DNA of 64,000 nucleotides from Rhina ancylostomus (GCA_030265395.1 JARFYF010000012.1:30503036-30567035); one strand, 5' to 3'. Counted from the stretch's first letter, positions 27,701-42,700 are shown. A program made the numbers and translations. The notes: generated by a model not told the origin, from the letters alone.

Positions 27701-30700
27701 TATATTTTGTACAGGAATATTTAAATTTGTTAAGCAATGAACAGCTTAAAATCACGTCCCGAGGCAGTGGTTGGATCAAAAACTCAATTAATCTCCGGGA
27801 CACGTGACCTTTAAAAATAAATTCAAGCCCTCATCCTTCTAGGCAGATGACATCCTAAAGTTGGAGGTGAAGAAATACAGTACATTTTGAAATGGCACAA
27901 TGTATTCCTGTGATAGAGGGAACTATGGTGGATGGGGTGCCAAACAAGCAGGCTGCTGCATTTTGGGTGTTGTTGAATTTGTATATATACAACTAGGGAG
28001 TATTTTCCACTTGTGTTGTAGAAACCTCATCTCTGGGGAGGTGAGGTTTGTCACTTGCTGTAGGATATGACTTGCTCTTGTAGTTACAGTGTGTAATTGA
28101 GGCTGGTCCATTTAAAGGTTCTGGTAAATGGCAACCAGGTCTTGAAAGAGTCCATGCCTACAAGCAGCATTTATTGAGGATCTGTGAATAGAACTAAGCA
28201 TTGTGCAATAGCCAACAAACAATCCCACTTCTGACCTTACAATGAAAGGAAGGTTATAAAGGTGAAACAGCTGAAGATGGTTGGTCAAATGTAGCTCAAT
28301 GACAAATACCGTCTCTCCCAGTTCACCTCTAGGATTTAGTGTCATCCCTGTTTGAACATGGAATGAGACCAGAAGCCGAAAGGTTTCTGGAGAAAAAAAC
28401 TGACCATTATTATGTGGTTATGGTTATGCAAGTGCTGCTTGACCATATTGACAATGACACCTTTCATCATATTGCTGATGTGAGGATAATTAGCCAGATC
28501 AGTGGAGAGAACACATTCAGGTAATGTTCAATATTGTTAGACAAATATTTGCATTGTAGTTTCACTAGAACATATTAGCTAGAGGCATGACTAGTTTTGC
28601 AGTACCAGCATTACAAGTGAATATATGGGAACAGAAACAGCAAATGTCAAGGATCTGAAACAAAGACAGAAAATATTGTCAAACAGATCAATGGAGAAAG
28701 ACAAAAATCAACCTTTAGGGCTGAAGGCCCTTCATCTGAACCGAAAAAGTGAGATGCAAGCACTTTAAGTTGAGAGAGGGGGAAGGTGTGGCGAGAACAG
28801 GGGATGTCTGCAATAGGGTGGGGAGTGGAGAAGACCAGAGCTATTAAAGTAAAAATTACTTTAAAATACACTGGGAGACAAAAATTTGAAAAGTACAACT
28901 TCTGTGGAGGAAACCTAAAAGGACCGGTTACCTGAAATGATTCAATTCAATATTAAGTCCCATGACTTTAACATATTCCAAAAGGGCCAATGTGCTCAGA
29001 GACTCCCTCGTCCACTCCACCAATTTCACCAATCACTTCCTTCTCACAGCCTATTCCCATGACACTGCAGGAGAAGCAGAGCCTGTCCTTTTACCTCTTC
29101 CTTTCCCATCATTCATGGGCCCAAACTGTCCTTCCCATTGAAGCAGCAATTCACTTGCACTTGCCCAAGTTTGCTGTTTGCATTCAGTGCTCACGATTTG
29201 ATCTCCCCTACAGCAGGAGAACCAAGTGCATACTGGGTGACCACATTGTGGAACACCTCCATTCAGTCTGCAAGCACAACCCCAAGCTTCCAGTCACCAA
29301 GCCCTACTCTGACTAACTGCCTGCATTGCGCCAACAGTGAATGTAAGCGAGGTACAGCCCTTCATCTTTAACCTGGGCATGTTGAAACCTTCCAGACTAG
29401 ATGTTGAAATTCATAAGCTTGGGTAACCGCTTCCCTTCATTGATGTAGTTCCTCCTGCACTTTAAATTAGTTTTGTTTTTCTTTGTCACCACGAAATATT
29501 TTAAAACAATTGTCACCTTGATAACTTTGCTCTGCACCTTATCACAGGTATTCATCCATCCTCTCCACTCTCCCCCTTTGCAACCTTAAACATTTTGTTT
29601 TCTCACTTTTCCAGATCCCATTAAGGGTCCCTAATCAACTGTTGATTTGGTTTCTGCTTGCCCTGCTGAGTACTTCTGGTATTTTGTGTTTCCATGACAG
29701 CTGGGATGTTACCTGGTCCTTCCACTTTCGCTATAACAGGTGCCCTGAGTTTTTGACATTGCAAAGGCAAATCAAAACTGGCTAAAGACCACTTCCATCT
29801 AGAAAACAGGGTGCATCATCTACTCAACAGCTCCAGCCAAGAATGGCTTGAATGGGTTAGCCTCCTCTCTGACACTTACTCACTTAGTTCTGCCATTGAG
29901 TATAGGATTGAGTATGCCATTGAGCAGGAGAACTGCTTGAATCAATTCTCTTCACTGCTGTTTAATTATCCACCACCATTCATCTGGATATGGCAGGATT
30001 GCAGTGTTTTGGTCCGATTAGGTGGTTGTGAGAAGCAATGGACAACCTATTGAATGCAGCATTCGGTGATATTCTCAACCATTAAGAACACCTGCATCCC
30101 ATTTCTTGTCCAAGCTCACAGAAAGTGGACATTGTTTAGAGACTGCTTAGGTACCCGAGGAATTGTACTTTGCCCAAATTGTTAACTTCAGAAGGAAAAA
30201 AGATGCCCATCAAATTGGGTAGAGGATACTTCAATCATATAGAACTTTCCCAATCTGCTAACACAATTAAGCAGAAGAACAGCAAATGATTGTTTCAACC
30301 GCTTCAAGGTATCCACTACAACTATGACAGAATAAGACTACAGAAATTTTAATGCATTGACTCAGCTAACTAGTGATATAATTTCAACAAATCCAAGGGT
30401 GTGGGTGTGGGTGAGAAATAAAAAAAAAATCAGGAAAATTTTGGCTTTGATTAATGGTCACCTTTGTTAGTAATAGTTCAACTAGCACTAAGGTTAAAAT
30501 GGTAAGCTAAAGCAGCACTTGGGTTCCAAAAGTTGCCAAGGTGTTTATTTTTACCTTATTTAATATCAGCATTAAACAGAAACTGATAGTTAAAATCAAC
30601 ATCAGCTAGTGGCAAAACAATGCATGATTTAGCACATTGACCTCAAGTTGAACTGCAGTCATTCAAAAGCACCTCTCAAACATATAATGCTACAATTTTA

Positions 30701-33700
30701 GAAAAACACATTTCTCTAAATAGTGTACACCACTTGGAAATATATTGCCATTCCTTTATTTATAATCAAAAATTATGGAGCTCCGCATGTACTACTATCT
30801 GTAGGAATCCTTTGATCACATTGACAGCCATGTTTGATGTGGCAGAACACCAGCAATTTCTCAAATGCAGTTTGGGTTGGGAAATAATTGTGTTACTTAC
30901 CAACAATGCCAAGATCTCAAATCTAAAAAGTTACTCCATTGTGCAAAACAATACATTTTTTCTGGAGTGACAACAGCTAACACAAGGGGACATAATTTTA
31001 AGGTGATAGGAGGGAGGAAGGTGTAAGGGGGATGTCAGGGGCAAGTTTTTTTGTGTTTTTTTTATATATAGACAAAGTGGTGAGTGCATGGAACACACTG
31101 CCAGCAGAGGTTGTGGGGGCAGATACATTAGGGACATTGAAGAGACTCTTAGGTATACACAAATGATAGAGAAATGGGGAGCTATGTGGGAGGGAAGGGT
31201 TAGATACATCTTAGAGCAGGATAAAATGTCAGCACAACAATGTGGGTTGAAGGGCCTGTACTGCACTGTAGTGTTCTAATTAAAATATGAATATAATATT
31301 TCAATATGCATCATATAATATTTATGATTGTACAATTATAATTATACAATTAGGTCAGATTTCAGGGACATGATACCAAAATGGGTTCCACAAAAATTTT
31401 ACAAAATAAAAGCAAACAAGTGCATTAGAAGCATTACAACATGAATGCCAGCTGTAACACCCATGTCTACCTTCAAGAATATGGTCTGTGTCTTTCCACA
31501 GTATCTACCACAGGCTTCTTCACTTGTAGTTGAGTAAAGTAGGTCATGAGCTGGAATTCGTGCAAAAGCAACTCGTTTCTCATCACATATCATCCAGATG
31601 ATAATGTCAGGCATACTACTTTGTGGCTGTTAGAATAAATCAAAAGGAAGATCTTTATAAGATATCTTTATTAGTCACGTGCACATTGAAACACACAGTA
31701 AAATTAATCTTTTGCATAGAGTTCTGATTTACCAGGAGGCTCCTTCTAGTTCAAAGCTCTGCAGATATGTTAGTGGGTGAATGTGATTTATACAAATCTA
31801 TGTTATTTGGCTCCAAATTCCAACCTAGGTCTATGCTTATTTACTGATTAGCTGGACCTGCAATAAAGGTTTTATTGAATAAAAATAAACAACCTACCCA
31901 GCACTTGCAAAATGTTTATACAGTTGTGCATGCTTGGCACAGAAAAATTAAACTGATTGTGATGCATCATGCCAGTGATTAATTTGCTGGTACTCTAACT
32001 CACACAGAAATGGGTAGTGACATGACGTTCAAAGTTCTTGTCCAATAGCAGAGACAAGTTGTTTAATGAATATTAGGGGTAGCTAATTTCCCCAATATCT
32101 GAAGTACAATTATATCACAGAAGTAAAGTTGTTACAATGAAGTAACAAAGTAAACCAGGTGAAATTAAAATTGAGATTAAATGAAACAAGGCCTGTGGAT
32201 TCTGTTCTGACACCAAGTTGCTTCACTGGAACATTAATATGATTCAAACCAAAAATATTACAGATGCTGAAAATCTAAAATAAAATCAGAAAATGCTGGG
32301 AATATTAAGCAGGTCAGGCTGCATCTGTAGGAAGAGAAATAGAGTTAATGTTTCAAGTTGAAGATCCTTTGTCAGAACTGGGAGGAGGAAAAAAGAAATT
32401 TACTAGGTTGCAGGAAGGGTGGGTTGAGGGCATTTGTCCATGATGTAGTCAGCCAGGTTTTACCCCATCATAGACATCCCCCTCCTCCATGCAGTTTATT
32501 GAGCCTCTTTTCTCCCCTTTCTAGTTGTGACCAAGACTTTGACCTGAAATGTTAACGATTTCTCTTCCCACAGATGTAGCCTGACCAACAGAGTATTTCC
32601 ATAATTTTCTGGTTTTAATTGTTATGATTAAATGTACTCTGCAACAAACAGAATTATAGTTCCACAATCTATACCCAACTAGAAAGGAGTAAGGGAAAAA
32701 ACTACTTTATTTTCCATTTCTTGCTCAGAACATGAGATAATGACTTTTGAAATTTTTCTAGTGCCTTACAATATACACCATGTGAACTTTTTAACCAAAT
32801 ATTTCCTACATAAAAGCAAATGCTATAAAATGCTGGTTTTAGCTTTGACCTCACGAACATCACTCTCCACTCAAAAGCACCACACTGCTTGTCTAACATC
32901 TATTCTTAAATCTCCAAATTAACTATTCCACCGAAAAACATACTTTTGGATACCTGGTCCTTTGCAATTCCCCTTATAAACCTCACCACTAAAACACTGT
33001 GCCAGCCCACTCTTTAAACCTCACTCTTTGGACAAGCTTTAAAGTTCTTCCATTCTCTCTCGAGTTACTTTGGTGTTGAATTTTATTTGATAGTACTACA
33101 TTGAGGCATCAAGGCATTTGAAAGGCACTATACAAACTAGAGTTGCATATTACTATAGACAGTTAGTTTTTGGTTAAATACAGATATTATCCAAACAATC
33201 AAAAAGGTCTTTTTCATGACTGGTAAAATAAATATAGTACAGTTATGAAAATGGAAGAGAATACAAGATATAATTGGAAATCTGAGTACCAACCTCTTCA
33301 GCCAACAACTTAAGGGTCTCCAGCCAGCCTTCAATATCAGTGATTGTTTCCTTAGGATCACTTGCTTCGTTTCGCAATCTTGTTGCGGATTCAATAATAG
33401 ACACCAGTGCACTTCTACGCATCTTGAGGATTTGCAAGTCAAGCTGTGTTACATTAGGTTTACCTTCAATATTTGGCAAGGGCTGGCTGAAATCAGAGGA
33501 GAGATTCAAATGCAAAACTCAGTAAGATCATCAATGCCAGCCAAGTTACTGCTTAGCCAAAAATGTTAACTGAAAATTTAACAAGTCAGGAAGTAGCTGG
33601 TGCTTAATGTTTGAGTTTTTAAAAATAAGAATGGAATGACTTGAAGTAACAAACTTGTCCCATCAAATTGGATTGCAATGTTAGTAACTGAAGGAAATCA

Positions 33701-36700
33701 ATTCAATTATTAAACTATTTCTTTCAAATGAATTTCAATGCATTTTAAATAGGACTGATGTTGGAAAATCCACCCTTTTTAGTTTTTTTCTATACTTCTA
33801 GAGTTTAAGACTTGAGAGAACTAGTTAGATATTTTCAATGTTTATCCTAGCAAATCACTTAAATGAAAGAAGTCTTATCTATTGATGCTTACTCTGAACC
33901 TCAATCTATTAGTGCAAATGGATCAAAATATCAATCGGCTTGATAAGCTTTATGCAGTTCAACTACCTACTACATGGAGCATTCCATCATAGGACATTTT
34001 TGAAAAAGTCTCCTGCTGAAGGATGCACTGAAGGTGAAACCTGTTACCAATTGTAGCCCAATGATTCCATTGATTTTATTTTCTCAAAATGTGGACAACA
34101 GTCAAAAGATTGAATTTATATGGAAAAACTTTTCAGATTCTTGTTATATTTGGCACATGTGTAAGTCCATTTCTTCAATCATATTTTACCAATTTCTCCA
34201 TCAGGAGACAGCATAGCTATCTGGAATTAGCTACATCAGAATTTACTTTCATGATGTTGGGCAAATTCTCTTAAATTTTACCTGCATTCTTCTATAACCT
34301 GTTCAATAACTTTGAACCAGAATTCAGCCAGAGGTTCCTCTGCAACTTTGGCTTGTATAGCAGTCTTCAGTTTTGTCAAGTTCGCTTCCTAAGGGAAAAA
34401 AAAATGTACCTTTTCAGCTAACTGCTGAGTAAAGTTGAATGAAATGCCAGCTTTAGATAGGTGACGGCATGCACATTTTTGTTGAACTCCGTCCATAAGC
34501 TTCAACTACGATACCCATCTTAATGCCATAGTAATCACACAATTCAAATTGGCAGTGGGACTTCTGCAACAATTTAAGGCAGCTCTGTAAGCAAAAGTTT
34601 TTGCATGGTTACTCACTATTTGGAGAGGATTGCTTTGTCACCAATAGGAATGCTGCCTTGGTGGAAGTTGTGCTCCACAGCAGCAAGAACTGCTTTGTTC
34701 ATATTTGCAGTTGGTTACTTACTAAAAAGGGATACATTCAACAGCGTATTTAAACAAGAAAGGGGTCAAATGCACAGTATCTACACTGGCCATCAAGGCT
34801 CACAGATGAAAGAGGATACCAGGACAAGGTACAACTAGATAATCCTGTATAACCACAATTTGACATGAATGAAAAGCATTTGGTTTCTTCAACGAAAGCA
34901 GAATATGGTGTAGGAAGTGAGGGGCTTTTGCGAAAAAGCTATGCTTGCAGTGTTTTAGAAGAAAATGAATGGATGTGCCCAATCAAAAACTGATAGCATT
35001 GGCACTAAGTTGGCACTATATTCTAATTGTGACAGGATGGACTGCATTTTTGTTTGAAAAATGCTCAAGTACGCCAAATTCAAGTGAGATCATGGTTTTT
35101 GACTTTTGATCAGGGATGACTGAAAACATCTGAACTTAGAAGATATAACAGCCATTGATAACATTCATAATAAATGCAACTGAAAAAAAGTTAATTTATT
35201 TGCCATGGGAAAAAAAGCCACCAGGAATTTGTAGTTTTTGTTTAATCACAAATCTATCAAAATGAAAAGACATTAAAATATTTATTCACCTGATGTTTAT
35301 CATGAGAAGTGAGTGAAGAGAAAAATAAATGCTTACCAATCTGTGGACCATTTTTATGAGGATGTTCACTGAATCCAACCTGTGACTGATATCTTCCCAG
35401 TAAGAAGTCAGAGTCACCACAGGCTTTGTGTTTGCCCAAGGTAGAAAATAGTAGTAGTTACCTGACAGAAATAAGACAATGACTTAATAGACAGAAGAAC
35501 TACCCATATCTGTTTTGACACTGCCTTCTAAGCAAATACTCTGATCCCATTTGCTGAGCCATTTTCATCACCTCCCCAATGAGACGATGTTTAAACAATC
35601 TCTATCTTGACAGCCATTCACTATACTATTTGCCTTTTTGACCTGTACTCCTACCTTCAAGAGATCTATGCAACTTAATCACCAAAACTTCACTGTTCCT
35701 TGACTCTCAGTATGGCCATTCAGGATACGCTGCAGAAACTCACCAAGACTCCTTAAGACAGCACCTTCCAAACCCACGACCTCTACCAGACAGAAGGACA
35801 TGGACAGCAAAAGTCATGGAGTCACCATCTGGAAGCTGCCCTCCAAGCCACATACCACCCCCACTTGGAAACTTGTTTCTTTACCGGTATTGGGTCAAAA
35901 TCCTGGAACTTCCTAACAGTATTGTGTGTATACCCACACCTCAAGGACTATAGTGGTTCGAGGCAGCAGCTCATCACAAACTTCAAGTAATTTAGTGATG
36001 GGCAATTAAATACTGCCTCAGCCTATGAAGCGTACATCCACTGAATGATTTTTTATGTCATATGCAATTTTCACTCATTAGGAGTCACACAGGGGTTCCA
36101 AGCAGCCCCAAGGAGTTAAGATACAAGGTTTATCTGGAGGCATTCCAACTTATTATGTAGTGGGCAGATACTTTCCAAAACCCAAGCAGTTTTCAGAGTC
36201 ACAGGTCCATTAAATTTGAAGAAACCATGGAATAAATTTAGCATTGGTCCAAATCCAATGGTCCAGACATTCAAAATTTACTTAATTTCAATCACCATTT
36301 CTCTTCAAATATCTGTGCACTAAAATCTATCAGCTATTTATTGGACATTTTCCCAGCCTACTAATTTAACTCTGCAACTTTTTCAGTCCAATTTAAAATC
36401 ACCATTACAGCCAATTTTGTGTGAACAAACTTTGATATCAATGTACATCACCTTCATCCACATCAATTTCATGGACTCAAGGACCACCCCCCCCCAAAAA
36501 AAAAGTCACACCACGAACCACAATTGGAAATGTATGCTCTCAACCCTCATCCCTCCAAAATTCTCCTTCCAACAGCTATTAAATTCATATACAATTATGG
36601 TTACACAATATTGGCCACCTGGTGGTACATTATCCAGGATTCATTATTTACCCATAAGCCTCGATGGCAAATGTCAGACCATTTCCACAATTAGCTATAG

Positions 36701-39700
36701 CACAGCTTGAATTCCGGTCAATTTTCTCTGGATCATGGATATAGATGTTGATTAATCACTACCAAATGAAGTCATTTATTAACAGCTAAAATATGAAAAT
36801 ATGCCATTTTTACAACCATAATTGAGGCAGGTAACTGATGGAAATGGAGGATCACAAGCACCATGCTTTACAATAGCAATATTAAATCTTAGCTGCTGAG
36901 GATTCACACAGTAATACTCACCATCAAACACTGCTCTACTGTACTGGGTTGTGGAAGCCAAAGGCCTGCAGGTTTTGTCGAATTTGTTACCATAATTGCC
37001 CATGCTGACTTCAAACTGAATGGCATCTCCAACTTCTTGTTGCATAGTTGCAGCATAAAATACAGCACAAAGGCTGTACTTGCGTCGGCGTTGATATTTC
37101 TAGAACAGGAAGTATTAGATGAATTCATGTCAATGGTGATCAATAAATATCACCAATAGAGAGACTACGAGTCAGGCAGATACAGCATGGAAACAGGCCC
37201 TTTGGCCCACCAAGTCTGTATTGAATGTAAACCACCCCTTTATATTAATTCTACATTAACCCCATTATTCCTACATTCTCTCAACTCCCCCCAGATTATA
37301 CACTCAGCTAGACACTAGGGGCAATTTGCAGTAGCCAAGTAACCTTCCAACCTGCACATTTTTGGGGTGTGGGAGGGAGGAAACCAGAGCACCTGGAGGA
37401 AACCCACGTAGTCATAGGGAGAACGTGCAAACTCCACACAGACTGCACCCAAGGTCATAACTGAATCAGGATTTCTGGTGCACGAGACAAGTGGCTCTAC
37501 TAGCTGCGCTATCGTACTGCCCATTAAAAAGAGATTGTGGCATAAAATGCAGTTGATACTGAATTGCTTGTCAAAAACCCAATTATTTAGATGGGTTTCT
37601 CCAGCACCAGAAACACAGCACTTCCACCCCAGTTTGTCATTGGCTACTGCAACAGTAGGACAAAAAAAAACAACTTGGAAACTGACTGTTGTGTATCACT
37701 GTGTGGATCCAACCACAGGGAGTCTGTCAACTGGATTTATATATTCCAAGTCATTCATAGATTATTGAATCATGAATACAAGATGGTAAACCTACACCTT
37801 GAAGCCAAAAAAGGTAGAAACATTCCTGCTGGGTGGCCGTGAATAATTGCATGTAATGTTTAATCCCTCCTCTTTGACATCACATGTACTTAAACTGATA
37901 ATCAAGCATGGAGAGCAGGAGGTGATGCACAATCATGGGAAACTTTGTGAAAATTAAATGGATCAAAGTAGGTATAATGAGAGGAATCTTTTTCACAGCA
38001 TAATTAATAATTAAGCAATCCTTTGTAAGCAGGGAGAAATGAAGCCAGTTAGGGAGAGCTCAACTTTGAAGTAGTGATTACAATATAATAAAGGATAAAA
38101 TTTCAGACTTGCACTGTGGAAAGTAAGCAGTTCTCCATTTAGCAATGGCCAGAAAGTGGATTGAGGGAATATGATGGGAAGAAGGAGAATGGAATAGGGC
38201 TTTTAGAACTGAAAATTGGATCACTTTTATCAATAGTACTATCAAACTATTTACTACTTGACACACAGAAAAGACCTACAATGGCAACAAGGTTAAAGAT
38301 AAAAGATTAAAAATATTTCAAATTCAAAACGACATGCATACATTTGAGAACAGAAGAGAGTTCGAGAACATTAATTTCTGTCAAAGGAGACAGTAGAAGC
38401 AAACAGCCACAGATGGATGCAAGCAACTTTTCCAGCCATCTTGGATTGAGTGAACTAGGACATGGAATGCTAGTTCATGTGGATCTNNNNNNNNNNNNNN
38501 NNNNNNNNNNNNNNNNNNNNNNNNNNNNNNNNNNNNNNNNNNNNNNNNNNNNNNNNNNNACCTTAATTAACTGAACACATGTTCAACTAACCTGAACAAC
38601 CAAAACATCATCACTTGGTAGGTCTTCCAACTTCTTCTCTGGACTACCTTCAAGTTTAGTGATTAGTTCAACTAATAGTCGACCACGATACGAAACTCCC
38701 TCACCCTAAAAGCAAACAAAAATGGATTTTGTATGGCAGTTTAACCCCCCCAACCAAAAACACTAAAATGCATCTGAAGAGATTGAAAATTTACAGCAAT
38801 CCACAAATTCAACGAACTGACTTTATCAATGCTTTGATGCTCCACTTTCTGATCAACAAAACTATCATCAATCTGCCGTCAGGTCAGTGTTTACCAAACG
38901 GTAACATATTTCTCTGTCAGATATGAGCCACTGGCTTCTTTTACTCTAACGTAGGCACCAATTCACATTACAAACTGCAGAATCAGTGACTTGATTACAA
39001 GTTGCTTTTGTAAATAGCAATGCTGAAATGGTTCAGTGATTTGTAGCATCAAGTAACGGTGACAAAAATCAACATTTGCACACACTTCAGTTCACATTCC
39101 AGTGCACACTACCAGTCTCCAGTACAAATCTCCAAGGATGTACTGCTGAGGCTTAGTAAGGCATTGGTCAGACTATATTTGGAATATTTTGAGCAATTTT
39201 GGGTACCATCACTAAGGAAAGATGTGCTGGCCCTGAGAGGGTCTAGATGAGGTTCAAAAGAATAATCCCAGGAATGAAAGGCTTAACACACAAGGAGTGC
39301 ATGATGTCTCTGGGCCTGTGCTCAATGGAGTTCAGAAGGATGCTGGGGTGGGGTGGAATCTCATTGAAACCTACCAGATACATAAAAGACCTGGATAGAG
39401 TGGATGGGGAGAGGAAGTTTCCATTAATAGGAAAGAGTCTAGAATCCAAGGGCACAGCCTCAGAATAAAAGGGATGTCCCTTTATAACTGAGATGAGGAG
39501 GAATTTCTTCAGCCAGAAGGTGGTGAATCAGTGGAATTCACAGCCATAGAGGGCTGTGAAGGCCAAGTTATTGGGTGTATTTAAAGCAGAAATTGATAAG
39601 CTCTTGACTGAAAAAGGAGTTAAGGGTTACAGGGAGAAGGCAGGAGAAAGGGGTTGAAATATATACACACACACACACATACACAGCATAAAAATCAGCC

Positions 39701-42700
39701 ATAATTGAATGGTGGAGCAGACTCAATTCACTGAATGGCTCAAGTCTGCTGCTATATCTTATGATTATGGTTCCAGTTACCTCCCTAACGCAGATCAGAA
39801 CCCACATCAGGTGCATCAATGACTCAATAAAATTCTCCTGCATATTATTATGTTGAATTAAAATCTTCAATGGAAAGCCAGAAAATTAGTAAAATGGCAC
39901 AATATGCACCATCAAGGTCATTTAGGTGGTTCCCACAGATCAAATTGCAATAGATCTGGCCCATGCCTGCCTCAAATTAAATTCACGGTCCATCTTCCAA
40001 GCCCCAAATCAAATGTTATTGGCCACAGGTCTTTAAAAACTTATTGATTCTGGGCTGAAGACATTGATTTCTGCAGCTGAACACAAAGGAGCACAATAAC
40101 ATCCAAGTAGTTTTCTGAAATAACTTATTAGATACATTTACACATTACTATTAAATCAGACAGTGAGTTACATTATTCTGACTAACCTTTCCATGGTTCA
40201 GGTCTTCGTAAGGATCAGGAAAGCCAGTAAATTCTCTGGGGCTCCCATAAAAGTTGATAAAAGCAGGGCCAAAAGCTGGAAGAAATCCTACTGATTCGTC
40301 TCCAGTTTCCCCTATCAATAGACAAAATGATCAGCAAACCACACTGGTATTTCTAGAGCATTCACTAAAAATTCATTAGTGCAAGTTAGTTTGTTAGCAT
40401 GTGCGCAGATTGCGTAACAGACAAGTAACAATTGCAGAGTATAAAAAACTCATCCGAAATGGGAGTAGTAAAATGGGTTCTAAGTAAAGTTAACTTACTG
40501 AACAGAATTGTTTCCAGACCTCAACTATGACTTTCATTTACCAAACTTATTTCTAGGCCTCACTAACTCGGATTGACAAGACCCAAAAGTTTTATTTTTT
40601 TGGGAGGGCACGGTAGCGTAGTGCTATTACAGCACCACGATCGTGTTTCGATTCCAGTCACTGTCTGTAAAGAATTTGCAAGTTCTCCCATGTCTGCATG
40701 GGTTTCCTCCGGGTTCCCCCCCACATTCCAAAGACATACGGGTAGGTTAACATGGGTTTTAAAAAAACGGGTGGTGCGGACTCGCTGGGCCAGAAGGGTC
40801 CATAACCACGCTGTAAATAAAATTATAAAAAAATCTTTAAAAATTCAACTCCATCATACAGAATGAATATTGGAAAAGTGAACAGGAACATACAGACACT
40901 CTCCCTACCCTACCCCCAAAAGCAAGTCTAGAGGCAATCTCCTGAAATAAACAAAAAGTAGTAAATCATTATACTTCCTGCACAATTATGCGACCAAACA
41001 ACTAACCTACTACTTGCCCCCATTATTTGGGATTGTTTCAGTTCCTATCAGAGCACTTTCCAACTCAGTGGAGGTGGGGAGAGAAAAAAGTTTGCAGAGT
41101 GATCAATTTTGTGGAATTGCTATCCTTCTGCTCTCCAGATATCACTTTTACTAGCAGTGTGGAAAAGTAATGACTTATTTTATCCCCCCTTTCAGCAGAT
41201 GAAATACAAAAGGTCAGAAGGCCCAGGGAAAACCTGAAGAAAAAGTCAAAATAGAAAAATTGCTGCCATGAAATTATTTAACCAGTTCCCACATACCTGC
41301 ATTCAAATCAACATAAACCAAGTCTAACAGTCTGAAGCCCAAAGGGGAAAATTTGAAGCAAAAAATATTCAAAAGTAACAACCAAAAATACTTTAATGAG
41401 ATGATTTAACCAGTACCCAAGTATTTGCTTTGGTCAATATAAATCAAGTCTAACAGAAAATGCACAGTTACGCTGAACAAGCAGTTTTTAAAAAAAAAAG
41501 TCTTGTAATACTACCACAGAATTAGTCACAAGCATCAAGAGTTAGACACAATTTACTTTTAATTCTAAAATCTGATTTTAGGGTTTCTATCATGGGTCAC
41601 AGTAAAATTGTAGGGGTGTTCTTACCCAAGAATGCCAATAATTGTAGCAAACTTTAAACTGCACTTATTCACCAAGCATTTTGTGTTGAATCCCACATGA
41701 CAGATGTAGTAAAAGGGTGAGATATTAAATCATTAATAGAGAAATAAGAACAAGTCCAAATCTGTCAAGGAAGGTTGAAAACTAGGAAGAGCAGAATATA
41801 TAGTACAGAGGAATACTTAAACCAGTTCTATCAATAAACCAAACCCACCAAGTTCAAAAATTATACTCTGAGGAATAAATTATGGCAGTTACAGCCAGAA
41901 GCAAGGGATTGAGTCTGCATTATTTCTGCTAGTGATCTAAAAAGGCCCAGGGAAATCCTGATGCCAATTGATCTAAGGAGTTACCTCGGGAAGATGCATT
42001 CTTTGATTAACAAAGTAGATAGTTAATATTAACTATGTGTCTAATCTTGTGACATCAATTGTGCTTTTTTAAAAAAACCATTTTGTTTCTGTGGAAGAAC
42101 AAGACTTAGCACAATAACGTAAGCAGTCATTTAATGAACACAATGACGGCAAGCAATTAGTGCAGCTTTAAGCCAAAGCATGTAGGATCAGTGTGCATTT
42201 TACCAGCATGGTTTATTCAAGATGTCTAAATGGGGAAAGTTAGTCAATTGTTTAAAAAAAGTTTTTTGTAATGCAAATTGTTGGTCAGGAAAATTAAAGT
42301 ACATACTTTTTAAAAAATTAAATGTTATTAATAAGTGAAATGAATAGTGGGAAGTTGAAGTTGATCAAGTCTTATAGTTAAAAGAGAGACAAACATTTTT
42401 GCGACTATTTGCATGAAGCTTCCCAAGTATCTATTTTGACACAATGTACTAGAATTACAATGATGGGCTTCATTCATTCAGAGTTAATGCCAAACAGGGC
42501 AGTAAACTAAAGTGATCTCTTGTACAATCCATAGCATGCGCTACATCAACCAATATCGGCTGGATTTCTCAACTACCTTCACTGTTTTTATATCCACAAT
42601 ATTATTAAAGCAAAAATACTGAAACGATCAAGGACTCCACTCCTGAATGCCATGCAGTTCTCACAGCTAGAAGCATGTGTTGGGGAGGGATTCATTTGGC

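Noticed and set aside
41626-41867. 33-nt (41626-41658) and 45-nt (41823-41867) AG..GT segments
   Set aside because: Both contain stop codons in the phase-1 frame required between exons 16 and 18; poison-exon use cannot be supported from sequence alone.
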